Shown here one piece after another: positions 20,124 through 29,548 of a stretch of 64,000 nucleotides of DNA (positions are counted from its first letter, which is position 1; the number at the start of each line of letters is the position of its first letter). The translations under genes and the position numbers were made by a program. Source of the stretch: Candidatus Cloacimonadales bacterium (GTDB lineage: Bacteria > Cloacimonadota > Cloacimonadia > Cloacimonadales > JAFGVF01); assembly GCA_963663475.2 (NCBI GenBank), contig CAXXJV010000001.1:768001-832000 (forward strand). The letters run 5' to 3'. Below the pieces are notes generated by a model. The model did no database searches. It saw only the letters and a list, made by a program, of their open reading frames with translations, and was not told the origin of the DNA.

Positions 20124-21170
20124 ATGATTACATCTTTAGTTTTTCTTTCAAGTGGCATTTTTTTAGGCTGGTCTTTAGGGGCTAATCATGCTGGTATTTT
20201 TTGGGGTACAGCAGTTGGCACCAAGATGGTTAGATTTAAAACTGCTGCTACTCTCTGTAGTATTTTCGTAATTTTAGGTGCTGTTATTGGTGGTTCAGGA
20301 GCTAGTGCAACCCTCAATAAACTTGGAACCATTGAACACTTAGCTGCTGCCTTCACTGTGGCTCTAGCTGCAGCCCTTACAACCTACTTCATGAGTCGGG
20401 CTGGGATTCCTATATCTACAAGTCAGGCTATCATCGGCTCTATAATCGGCTGGAATGTCTATTCACATCTTTTAACAGACTATGTAATACTGCTAAAAAT
20501 TGCTTCAACTTGGGTGGTTTCCCCCATTCTAACTGGTATAACAACCTACATTCTCTTTAAGATTGTCCAATATTTCTTTAATCGGACTAAGATGCATATG
20601 GTACAGATTGATAACCTTACCCGTTATGGTCTAGTTTTAGTAGGTATTTTTGGATCTTATGCCTTAGGTGCTAATAATATTGGTAATGTTATGGGAGTAT
20701 TTGTCTATTCTAATCCTTTTAAAGCACTCAATCTCTTTAATATTATTAGTCTAGATCCTACAAAAATTCTCTTCTTTATCGGAGGAATGGCTATAGCTAT
20801 AGGAGTTGCTACTTATTCTAAAAAAGTTATAAGCACTATTGGAAACAACCTCTACAAATTTTCACCTATAACTGCTCTGATTGTTGTGCTCTCTGTATCC
20901 CTAACAATGTTCCTCTTTGCATCTTCCTCTATTCATGACTTCCTTGTGTCTAATGGCTTGCCAGCTATTCCTTTAGTTCCTATTTCAGCTTCTCAAGCTA
21001 TTATTGGTTCAGTAATAGGACTAGGTATTGCTAGGAAAAATGTCGATGTTAACTTCTCTCAATTAAGAAAGATTTTCTTGGGTTGGCTTATTACTCCTGT
21101 TTTTGCTTTTTTAATATCATATATCTCTCTGTATTTTATCGAAAATGTCTTCTTGCAAATAGTTAATTAG
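20124..21170 (+). CDS. Inorganic phosphate transporter, PiT family
   Basis: GANH/GANN repeats, PISTSQAIIG, PISASQAIIG. Confidence 0.92.
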   Translation: MITSLVFLSSGIFLGWSLGANHAGIFWGTAVGTKMVRFKTAATLCSIFVILGAVIGGSGASATLNKLGTIEHLAAAFTVALAAALTTYFMSRAGIPISTSQAIIGSIIGWNVYSHLLTDYVILLKIASTWVVSPILTGITTYILFKIVQYFFNRTKMHMVQIDNLTRYGLVLVGIFGSYALGANNIGNVMGVFVYSNPFKALNLFNIISLDPTKILFFIGGMAIAIGVATYSKKVISTIGNNLYKFSPITALIVVLSVSLTMFLFASSSIHDFLVSNGLPAIPLVPISASQAIIGSVIGLGIARKNVDVNFSQLRKIFLGWLITPVFAFLISYISLYFIENVFLQIVN

Positions 21171-21461
21171 CCTGAATAGAGAGATAGAGAGATAGAGAGA
21201 TTCTTTACACGAATTAACACGAATTAGAGCGAATTTCACGAATAAGAAAAGCTATTTAACACAGAGTTCATAGAGGTAAAGAGGAGTTTCACAGAGTTTT
21301 TAAGAACTAACTAAACTCTTAAATTATTATCATCCTCATGTTTTTGTATCTCTTGTGTGATTCTCTTAATTCCCCTTTCAGCTCGTAAGAGCGGTATGAG
21401 AGGGGTGCCGTAAGGCGGGGAGAGTCTTAAATTGGCCTCTTTGTCATTGCATTTCTTGTAG

Positions 21462-21540
21462 CATGCTTAATCCTTCCTTTACAGTCTTTCGATGAAAGTC
21501 CATGTTTCATCGAAAGACTGTAAAGGAAGGATTAAGGATG
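21462..21540. repeat. Long hairpin (32-bp perfect arms, 7-nt loop), sibling of 43001-43079
   Basis: CTTAATCCTTCCTTTACAGTCTTTCGATGAAA-gtccatg-TTTCATCGAAAGACTGTAAAGGAAGGATTAAG. Confidence 0.9.
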
Positions 21541-21616
21541 GAAAGAGGGAGATTATGGTTTATTTTTGTCAAATGTTTGCTCTTCCCGCCTTACGGCTCT
21601 AACTGGGAACGCGGAC

Positions 21617-21771
21617 CAGACTGTGTAAAAAGAAATAGTCTATCCACGGATTTCACCAATTTCACGAATTACTTTTTGCTAAAAGCAAAAAAAGAGAGAA
21701 GAAAAAGATCCTTACCACAGAGTTACACAGAGTTTAGGAAAAAATTAGCTTGCTAAAAGTCTGCCTGTATT
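21617..21771 (+). repeat. Array leader copy 2
   Basis: Near-identical to 14528-14680. Confidence 0.9.
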
Positions 21772-22001
21772 TGGGTCGCGGGATTCCAGCCCGCGTTTAC
21801 GCAGGTGACAAGTGGTTATGGGATTGGGTCGCGGGATTCTAGCCCGCGTTTATGCAGGTTACAAATGGTTATGGGATTGGGTCGCGGGATTCCAGCCCGC
21901 GTTTACGCAGGTGACAAGTGGTTATGGGATTGGGTCGCGGGATTCCAGCCCGCGTTTACGCAGGTGACAAGTGGTTATGGGATTGGGTCGCGGGATTCTA
22001 G
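21772..22001 (+). repeat. 53-bp tandem array 2, left part (4 units plus a fifth interrupted by IS21)
   Basis: Units start at 21772, 21825, 21878, 21931 and 21984. Confidence 0.95.
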
Positions 22002-22071
22002 TGTCAATAGCAGTTTAAATTGGTACAGTTTTGGCAGTTTAAAATGGTACACTATTGTAAATCATATTTCC

Positions 22072-22800
22072 TTATAGTTTTCCTTTCATTCTATAACTAT
22101 TTCCATCTATTAGAACTGTTTCTGCATGATGAACTAATCTATCTACTATAGCAGTAGTTATTACATTATCTCCAAAGGATTCTCCCCACTCTTGGAATAG
22201 CCTATTAGAGGTAATGATAATAGATCTATATTCATATAACTCATTTATTAGCTTAAAAAATAAACTCGCATTTACTGCCTTAATAGGAAGATAGCCTATC
22301 TCATCAATAATAATAAGATCATTTTTTACTAACTTTGAAATCCATTTTTTGAAGTTATTTTCTACATTAGCAATAATCATTTCATCAATTAGGTCATTCA
22401 TATTGTAAAAAATAACTTTATATCCTTTTAAGATAGCTTCATATCCTAAAGCTATAGATATATGAGTTTTACCTACACCAGGAGGACCCATTAATATTTT
22501 GTTTTCTCTGTTATCTATCCAAGTAAAGTCCTTCCACTCAGTAATCATTCTTTTAGTTATTGAATGCTGATATTTAAAATCAAAATCATCAAAACTTTTC
22601 AAAAGAGGAAATTTTGACCTTCTAATCTGTAAATTTATCATCGTTTGATTTCTACTATTGCATTCATTATCAATTACATATGAAAGAAAATTCATATAAG
22701 ATAACTGATTATCTTGTGCATATTTAAGATATGATTCTAAATTATTAATAGTATGCCTGCATCTTAGTCTAAATAGATTTTTCTTTAATGTTTCGATCAT
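22072..22800 (-). CDS. istB: IS21 helper AAA+ ATPase IstB
   Basis: GPPGVGKT, IIIDEIGY, ITSN, AIVDRLVHH, GNSYR. Confidence 0.97.
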   Translation of the reverse strand: MIETLKKNLFRLRCRHTINNLESYLKYAQDNQLSYMNFLSYVIDNECNSRNQTMINLQIRRSKFPLLKSFDDFDFKYQHSITKRMITEWKDFTWIDNRENKILMGPPGVGKTHISIALGYEAILKGYKVIFYNMNDLIDEMIIANVENNFKKWISKLVKNDLIIIDEIGYLPIKAVNASLFFKLINELYEYRSIIITSNRLFQEWGESFGDNVITTAIVDRLVHHAETVLIDGNSYRMKGKL

Positions 22801-24281
22801 TTTTTTACCACCTTATTATAAATTGATAAATCTCTCTGTATAACTGATTTTTTTGTTTCTATTATCCCATTGACTTGATTTTGATAGTTAGCAGATAACT
22901 TATTGCCTTTTATCTCTTCTTTGACTATAGACTCTATCTTTGTTGCTTTTATATCTTCTAATTCTAGTGCTTTAGAAATTATGTTTGACCAATTTAAGTA
23001 TTTATTTTTATTATACATTTTTAAAAATGCTAATAGTTGCTCTCTGGGATTTCTGTGATTATGTGCTATGAGTAAATTTAATAAAAGGATTATCTTGTCA
23101 TTATTGGGGAATAGTGAGCAAATATCTTCCTTTATATTATTAATTGTTTTCGAGTAGTCTATGTAATGACATTGAGATATGATAGGTTTTGTTCTTTCTC
23201 TGGAAATCCTATGAGATGCAACTTTTTTTCTACTATTCCTATCTATTATTTCTAAAGTGTCTTCATTTTCTTTAACTATAACTATCTTTTGTTGATAGAT
23301 ATAAGGAACTGAATATTTGTTACCATTCCATGAGATAAGACCTGTTTTATCTACTTTTCGTGTCTCTGCAATATTCAGGTTATATCTTCTTAATAGTTTT
23401 TCTTCTTCTTTAAACATTACTATAGGTCTTTCTCTAAGCGTACTGTGGATACGATTATTTACTTCTTCTAACCAGCTTTTTGATTTCAACTTAACTTCAG
23501 ATAAACTAGTAAATACTTCACCATCAAGAAAATCATACTTAACTTCTTGAACTTGTCTTTCTACCAACCCTTTACTTTCAGGATCATAACCTTCACAAAC
23601 ATAAGGACTTATTGTTAGATTATTCATAAATTGAAAAAACTTATTATTATAAGTTACTTCTCGATAAATCTCCTTTATAACGACTAGTTTTGTTTGATCA
23701 TAAACCATTGTCTCTGGGATATATCCAAAATATTCAAAGCAATCTTTATGGGCTTGGATGAAGTCTTGAGTCTTATAAGGTCTTGTTTGAAAATGTACAT
23801 ATTTCATTCGTGAATAGCAATAGCTAAACACACAAAAGTATATTTTTAACTTGCTCTTATCAGATAAATAGATATTATACTCTCCGGGATCAACCTGCAT
23901 CTGATTTCCTGGTTCATAATTGACAACTCGATAATAACGCTTAGTTGGTTGTATTAAATTATTTTTTATTTTTTTTGAAAAATTAAAAAAAGCTCTTTGT
24001 TTTACAGGTAATTTTCCATGCTGTTTGGATAATTTACGATATAATTTACTTAATCGCATATTAGGAAATTTTGTTAAATGTTTGCTAATTTCTTCCCTGT
24101 AAATTTCGAGCTTACTTGTTCGATTGACTTTCATTAAAGTTTTTTCTACGGTTTCAATGTCTTTTTGTAAGTAACCCATAACTGTTGTTTTAGAGATACT
24201 TAACTGTTCTGCTATTTCTCTTATACTCTTGCCATTTTCTCTTAATACTCTTATTGCGTGATACACTTGGACTCCTTTCAT
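22797..24281 (-). CDS. istA: IS21 DDE transposase IstA
   Basis: N-terminal HTH (SIREIAEQLSISKTTV), QMQVD, VYDQ, PESKGLVE, HSTL, YSVP. Confidence 0.96.
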   Translation of the reverse strand: MKGVQVYHAIRVLRENGKSIREIAEQLSISKTTVMGYLQKDIETVEKTLMKVNRTSKLEIYREEISKHLTKFPNMRLSKLYRKLSKQHGKLPVKQRAFFNFSKKIKNNLIQPTKRYYRVVNYEPGNQMQVDPGEYNIYLSDKSKLKIYFCVFSYCYSRMKYVHFQTRPYKTQDFIQAHKDCFEYFGYIPETMVYDQTKLVVIKEIYREVTYNNKFFQFMNNLTISPYVCEGYDPESKGLVERQVQEVKYDFLDGEVFTSLSEVKLKSKSWLEEVNNRIHSTLRERPIVMFKEEEKLLRRYNLNIAETRKVDKTGLISWNGNKYSVPYIYQQKIVIVKENEDTLEIIDRNSRKKVASHRISRERTKPIISQCHYIDYSKTINNIKEDICSLFPNNDKIILLLNLLIAHNHRNPREQLLAFLKMYNKNKYLNWSNIISKALELEDIKATKIESIVKEEIKGNKLSANYQNQVNGIIETKKSVIQRDLSIYNKVVKK

Positions 24282-24370
24282 ATTGTCTCCTAGATTTCTC
24301 TATTTTTTTATCTAGGAAACTGTACCAGATTAAACTGCCATTTGTGTACCAATTTAAAATGCCATCTACA

Positions 24371-24740
24371 TCTAGCCCGCGTTTACGCAGGTGACAAGTG
24401 GTTATGGGATTGGGTCGCGGGATTCTAGCCCGCGTTTATGCAGGTGACAAGTGGTTATGGGATTGGGTCGCGGGATTCTAGCCCGCGTTTACGCAGGTGA
24501 CAAGTGGTTATGGGATTGGGTCGCGGGATTCTAGCCCGCGTTTATGCAGATAGCAAGTGGTTATGGGATTGGGTCGCGGGATTCCAGCCCGCGTTTATGC
24601 AGGTGACAAGTGGTTATGGGATTGGGTCGCGGGATTCTAGCCCGCGTTTATGCAGATAGCAAGTGGTTATGGGATTGGGTCGCGGGATTCTAGCCCGCGT
24701 TTATGCAGATAGCAAGTGCTTACGTTATTGGGTCACTGGA
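24371..24740 (+). repeat. 53-bp tandem array 2, right part (rest of the interrupted unit, 6 units, terminal partial unit)
   Basis: Units at 24411, 24464, 24517, 24570, 24623 and 24676; partial unit at 24729. Confidence 0.95.
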
Positions 24741-25523
24741 CAGACTGTGTAAAAAAGAAATCAAATAAATAGAAAAAAAGTACTAAAAATGCATATAATA
24801 TATTGACAATAAATACTATAAGTATATTTTGATATAAAAATAGATCAGGAAATTATATTAAAAATGTGATACATTAAATGTGAAGATAGAGAGCAAATAC
24901 CTTTATTAAGTTATGACAGTTTAATACCTGAAAATCATATTGTCAGAGTTGTTGACTCTTTTATAGAATTTTTAGATAGAACTAAATATAAACTTAAATA
25001 CATTGAACCTAAAGAAACAGGAAGAAAAGCATATCCGCCGAAGACAATGTTAAAACTTTATTTGTAGAGATATACACAAAATATCAGATCAAGCAGAAAA
25101 CTTGAAAAAGCTACACATGAAAATATCCCATTCATCTGGCTAATGAATGAACTAAAACCTGATTTTAAAACTATCTCTAATTTTAGAAAAAACAATAAAA
25201 AGAGCTGTAAACTAATTTTTAACAAAAGATTGGAAATTGTAAAAGGTGAGTTTGCATTAACTTGCCTTGCTTATAAGCTAAAAAGAATATTAAATATTTT
25301 AGGATTTGATAAGATGATTGCGTCTATGAAAAGTTTCTTTGACAAAAAAGCTAAGAAATTAGCTTTATTTTTAGTTTATTTCAACTTATTTATAAGAAAA
25401 ATGATAAATATTCTTTATTATCACTCAAAATTAGAAAGTTTATGCTACTAAAACAAAAATATCCTCTTCTTATATTAATTACTTCGATTTGATAATTTGA
25501 TAATTTAATTTTTACACAGTCTG
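24741..25523 (+). mobile_element. Internally deleted IS1182-family element (783 bp)
   Basis: IRs CAGACTGTGTAAAAA...TTTTTACACAGTCTG enclosing a transposase remnant. Confidence 0.85.
24864..25451 (+). pseudogene. IS1182 transposase pseudogene (N- and C-termini fused, DDE core deleted, two nonsense codons)
   Basis: M*YIKCEDREQ...LIPENHIVRVVD...GRKAYPPKTMLKLYL*...SSRKLEK...PDFKTISNFRK joined to KGEFALTCLAYKLKR; stops at codon 2 and at 25065. Confidence 0.88.
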
Positions 25524-25682
25524 GATAGCTTGTCCGCACAAGCACTTGTAAGTAAGTGCTTGTTAAACACTAGCTAGCTTTCAGGATTGGTGGTTAATTT
25601 GATGGTTAATTATTTATTTTCTTTCTTTCTTATTCGTGAAATTTGAGGATAGACTTCTTTACTACACTATGAGGATTTTCTT

Positions 25683-25706
25683 GTAGGCAGTTTTCAAACT
25701 GCCTAC
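25683..25706. repeat. REP-like palindrome GTAGGCAGTTT-TC-AAACTGCCTAC
   Basis: Perfect 11-bp arms with a GTAG foot; could also serve as a terminator for the mrfB-like gene. Confidence 0.6.
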
Positions 25707-25741
25707 TGAGGGAAGGATCCTCGCCTTACGTCAACTCTTCT

Positions 25742-26944
25742 CTAAAGATCTAATCCACTTTTCTGGTTTAGCTTAAGTTTATGTTTAATTCTATTAATGC
25801 GGGTTTCTGCCTCACTAATTGCATTTGAATCGAAGCTACTAGCTTCATGTAGCATAATATAGGCCTTTCTAGCATAGTAAAAGGCTTGTGAGAGGTCTTT
25901 GATTTTGTGTTCATACAGCATAGATATCTCCAAGCAAATGCTGGGAGAGTTAGCTTCTTTTCCTTTGAGATACTTAATAGCTAATTGGTATTTCTTTTCT
26001 CTTTTCAGAAGGGTAGAAAGCAACAAAATAGCTTGGTCGGAAGCAGTCTGCCTAGCAGCTAGTTTTTCTAGTAAGGCAAGAGCTTGTTTAGTCATCCCTA
26101 TATCATTTAAGAGTTTAGCTAGGTGAAAATAATCAATTTTAAAATTATCTAAAAAAGCTAAATCTAAAAAATGTAAATCATTACAGATAGCTAAAATCCT
26201 TGTTAAAGTAAATAAGTCTTGGCCATTATGATAGAAAACATTAGAAATATCTTCAGCATTGTTAGTTGCTAGATAATCAAAATAAGCCTTGGGGATAAAT
26301 TCACCAGGAATATCATTCGAATAGTCTCTAATATAGTTAAAGATAACCGCTTCAATATTTTGTAGTTTGCAACCTTGTAAGATTGGTTTCCACAAGCGTC
26401 GAGAAAGATGGAGAAGGTCAAGAAAGTCTAAGTTTCGAATAGAATAATCACTTTTATGAAATTTAAATCTGTTGTCTAGGAGAGGGATATCATAACATTT
26501 ACCATTATAACTAACTAAGATTTTGAAGTTACTTAGAAGTTGGGAGAGAAGTTTCATTAATAGGGGTTCATTATCTGGTGATTCGATAAAGTATTGCTTG
26601 AGTTGCCACTTATTGTCTCTATAGTAGAGAATACCAGTCAGAAAAGCGTAGGTGTTTGCTCCCCTGTCAAGTCCAGTTGTCTCTGTATCAAGAAAAACAA
26701 TTTCTTCTGCTTGGGCATAATTAAATATCTTACTATACTTGTGTAACCAATTGGGAATGCAAGGAGGTAAGTCAGAAAGATTAGCTTCTTGCTTAGCTAC
26801 AAAAGCTTCTTCATGGATGAAAACACGCTGGGAATTTTCACTATAATAGGAGCCTGAAATAAATTTATCAATTGGCTGATAATCTTTTTTTATAAGATCT
26901 TTCTGATCAGATAAATCATCTAAAAATAGTTTAAGGTTAGCCAT
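25742..26944 (-). CDS. DEDD exonuclease with RNase_H_2 domain and TPR-like C-terminus (YprB/MrfB-like)
   Basis: VFLDTETTGL, SYNGKCYDIP, DLLH, HNGQDL; helical C-terminus; overlaps the helicase stop. Confidence 0.88.
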   Translation of the reverse strand: MANLKLFLDDLSDQKDLIKKDYQPIDKFISGSYYSENSQRVFIHEEAFVAKQEANLSDLPPCIPNWLHKYSKIFNYAQAEEIVFLDTETTGLDRGANTYAFLTGILYYRDNKWQLKQYFIESPDNEPLLMKLLSQLLSNFKILVSYNGKCYDIPLLDNRFKFHKSDYSIRNLDFLDLLHLSRRLWKPILQGCKLQNIEAVIFNYIRDYSNDIPGEFIPKAYFDYLATNNAEDISNVFYHNGQDLFTLTRILAICNDLHFLDLAFLDNFKIDYFHLAKLLNDIGMTKQALALLEKLAARQTASDQAILLLSTLLKREKKYQLAIKYLKGKEANSPSICLEISMLYEHKIKDLSQAFYYARKAYIMLHEASSFDSNAISEAETRINRIKHKLKLNQKSGLDL

Positions 26945-29438
26945 TGTCTGTTTCCATAATTTCTCTTAATAGATCTAAGACACTTTCCTTAGCACCATAA
27001 CCATTTTCAGCAATAGGACCAGTACAAGAAGGGCAACCTTCCGCACAAGAACAATCTTTAACCTGATCATAACATAGTTGCAAGATTTGAGATAGATTAG
27101 AAAAGACTTTTTTAGAAAGTCCAATACCTCCTCTAAAGGTATCATAAATGATTATAGCCCCTTTGCCATCACCTAAAAGCGAATCATCATTATAACTAAC
27201 CCTAATATCATTGTTAGAACACATAAGATAAAGAGGAGTAAGATTTCTAATTAGATAAGCAAGTCCTCCCATAGTAGATTGAATTTTTACTGGGATTTCA
27301 GCATTGCGATGGCATTGTTTGCAAAGAGTAATTAAATTTTCCATTTTATTAGCTTGTTGAGGATTGGTGAAAGATTTGAATGGCTTGATATGATGAACAT
27401 CAAAAGGAACGCTAGATTCTAATTTCCCACAGTTTTGACAGGTATAATGGTCTCTTTGCTTAACTGTCTGACTAATCTCTTTCCAATCTTTTCCATACTT
27501 GTTGCTTTTCCCACTATTTCCCTTGGTCTCTAAGAAATTTTCATAAAAGTCAGAAAGAGTAATTATTATTCCTTTAGTAGGTAAAGTTGTTTGTGGTAAA
27601 TCGAGGTCAAGAGTGTCAAGAATCTCACGACTTCCCCATTTAATCTTTTTAAAAGCAGTTACTTGAGTATGGACATTTAAGATTGCATAATGAGTTTTGC
27701 CATAAGGATAAGTGTAAATATCAAGATCATCAATTAATTGGTAGTCAGTCTTGATTACAGGCTCAGTAAAATAGTCTTTATCATGATAAACTACTTCAAT
27801 ATTCTTGAGTTTAGAATCAAAGTTTCTTACTAGATAGGGTTCTCCATTATGAATATAGACAGCTTGTTCATGGGCAAACCAATAAGCAGAATTATTGTCT
27901 ATAGTCCCAATATTTTTTCCTTGGAAAACTACTGAGTAATTGTTGGCAGAAATAGATCTTAAGGATGTTTGGTGGGCAGGAGTAGTGGGTGAATTCCAAT
28001 AAACAACTTGGTCTCTTTCTATAGCCTGTCCCTTATCTAGGAGATAATCTAAGAGCTCATTTACATCAGTTTTAGGAACTCCATAATAGGTTTCTCTTCT
28101 GTCAAAAGGCAACTCATAGAGAGCACATTTGAGGTGGTTAAGGAGGATGTAAGGATTATTAGCATCAAGTAAAGCCTGTTCAGGTGTCTTGTTAAAAAGA
28201 TATTCAGGATACTTAACTAAATACTGGTTAATTAAGGTTGAATTGGCTACTAAGACTACTAATGAATCATTACCTGTTCTTCCGCTCCTTCCTGCTTGCT
28301 GGAGAGTAGAAGCAATTGTTCCAGGATAACCATTAATAATAACAACATCTAAATCACCTATATCAATGCCTAATTCCAGAGCATTAGTAGAAACTACACT
28401 AGTTAAAAGTCCTTCCTTTAATTGCTGCTCTATCTCTCTTCTCTCCTCTTTCAAATAACCAGATCTGTAGCCTGCTAAATCTCTGCTATTTTGATTCTTT
28501 AGGTTGTTAACAATTAACTCTACTGACCTTCTTGACCTAGTAAAAATGAGAGTTTGGATATTCTGCTTATTAAAAAACTTGGCAATTCTACTTGTTTCCT
28601 GAAGAGCATTTCTCCTGATACCTAAGTCTGCGTTAACTAAAGGAGGATTGTAGATTAAAAAATGACGATTCCCTTGGGGAGATGTGTCCTTATCTACAAT
28701 CATAAATAGCTGTTCTATGATAGAAGTAATGAAATCACGAGTATTCCCTAAGGTGGCAGATGTCAAAACAAATACTGGTGCTGAACCATAATAAGAACAA
28801 ATTCTCTTTAACCTTCTAATCAGATTAGTGAAGTGTGAACCAAAAATACCTCTGTAGATATGAACTTCATCAATAATAACATATTTCAAGTTAGCAAAAA
28901 ATTTAGTCCAAGAAGAGTGATTAGGTAAAATACTTACATGGAGCATATCAGGATTACTAATAATAACATTTGCAGTATCTCTGATAGCCTTTCTATCACC
29001 TTGATTAGTATCCCCATCATAGATAGAAATATGTGGTTTTCTTTGGGAAATCTGACCAAATATTTCCCCTAAAGCATTAAAAGATTTAGACTGATCTTGA
29101 GCTAAAGCTTTTGTAGGATAAAGACAGAGACTTGTGTTGTCTGGATTGAAGGAAAGTGAGTGAAGAATAGGAGCTTGATAACAAAGACTCTTACCTGAGG
29201 AAACTCCAGTGCTTATAACTGTGTTTACACCCTTCAAGATATGCTGTATTGCCTTAGCTTGATGTAGATAAACTTTTTGATAGCCCACTTCTTTTAGGGT
29301 TTTAATTACCCTGGGATGGAGACTTTGGGGAATTTCAGTCCACTGAGCTTGTCTGGCCTTATCTACATGTTGCACTGCTATGTTTGTTTGAAAACTGCTA
29401 TTCTCAAGAAATTTATCTAAATTATCATAATTACTCAT
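26937..29438 (-). CDS. DEAD/DEAH helicase with DUF1998 Zn domain (YprA/MrfA/Hrq1-like) carrying an inserted HNH domain
   Basis: TGVSSGKS, PTKALAQDQ, DEVH, TSAT, LELGIDIG, QAGRSGR, C-terminal CSCAEGCPSC; HNH segment RDHYTCQNC...DVHHIKP...NLITLCKQCH. Confidence 0.93.
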   Translation of the reverse strand: MSNYDNLDKFLENSSFQTNIAVQHVDKARQAQWTEIPQSLHPRVIKTLKEVGYQKVYLHQAKAIQHILKGVNTVISTGVSSGKSLCYQAPILHSLSFNPDNTSLCLYPTKALAQDQSKSFNALGEIFGQISQRKPHISIYDGDTNQGDRKAIRDTANVIISNPDMLHVSILPNHSSWTKFFANLKYVIIDEVHIYRGIFGSHFTNLIRRLKRICSYYGSAPVFVLTSATLGNTRDFITSIIEQLFMIVDKDTSPQGNRHFLIYNPPLVNADLGIRRNALQETSRIAKFFNKQNIQTLIFTRSRRSVELIVNNLKNQNSRDLAGYRSGYLKEERREIEQQLKEGLLTSVVSTNALELGIDIGDLDVVIINGYPGTIASTLQQAGRSGRTGNDSLVVLVANSTLINQYLVKYPEYLFNKTPEQALLDANNPYILLNHLKCALYELPFDRRETYYGVPKTDVNELLDYLLDKGQAIERDQVVYWNSPTTPAHQTSLRSISANNYSVVFQGKNIGTIDNNSAYWFAHEQAVYIHNGEPYLVRNFDSKLKNIEVVYHDKDYFTEPVIKTDYQLIDDLDIYTYPYGKTHYAILNVHTQVTAFKKIKWGSREILDTLDLDLPQTTLPTKGIIITLSDFYENFLETKGNSGKSNKYGKDWKEISQTVKQRDHYTCQNCGKLESSVPFDVHHIKPFKSFTNPQQANKMENLITLCKQCHRNAEIPVKIQSTMGGLAYLIRNLTPLYLMCSNNDIRVSYNDDSLLGDGKGAIIIYDTFRGGIGLSKKVFSNLSQILQLCYDQVKDCSCAEGCPSCTGPIAENGYGAKESVLDLLREIMETDNG

Positions 29439-29548
29439 TAACTTGATACCTCCTTACTGATATCAGTAAAGTCAACTAAATCAATATTGCATTTAAGTCA
29501 AACAATTTATCCCAAATCTAGCTAGAAAAATATCTCAGACTAACTTAA

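Larger units (their letters stand above)
22002..24370 (-). mobile_element. Complete IS21-family insertion sequence (2369 bp) with 5-bp target duplication TCTAG
   Basis: TGT...ACA ends; ~50-bp imperfect IRs each carrying two GCAGTTTAAATTGGTACA-like repeats; TCTAG at 21997-22001 and 24371-24375; encodes istA and istB. Confidence 0.97.

Noticed and set aside
21502-21756. 84-aa ORF (also 43046-43282 and 14388-14576)
   Set aside because: They run through hairpin or leader repeats and have no RBS or protein-like features.
24864-25067. Selenocysteine/pyrrolysine or alternative-code readthrough of the in-frame TGA and TAG
   Set aside because: The stops fall in a deleted transposase at positions where ordinary residues are expected, and TGA and TAG act as normal stops in other genes of the window.
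25143-25451. 102-aa standalone protein
   Set aside because: It is the distal part of the IS1182 transposase pseudogene.
27297-27497. Intein in the helicase
   Set aside because: No C/S...HN-C/S/T splice junction motifs flank the HNH segment, and it is too short.
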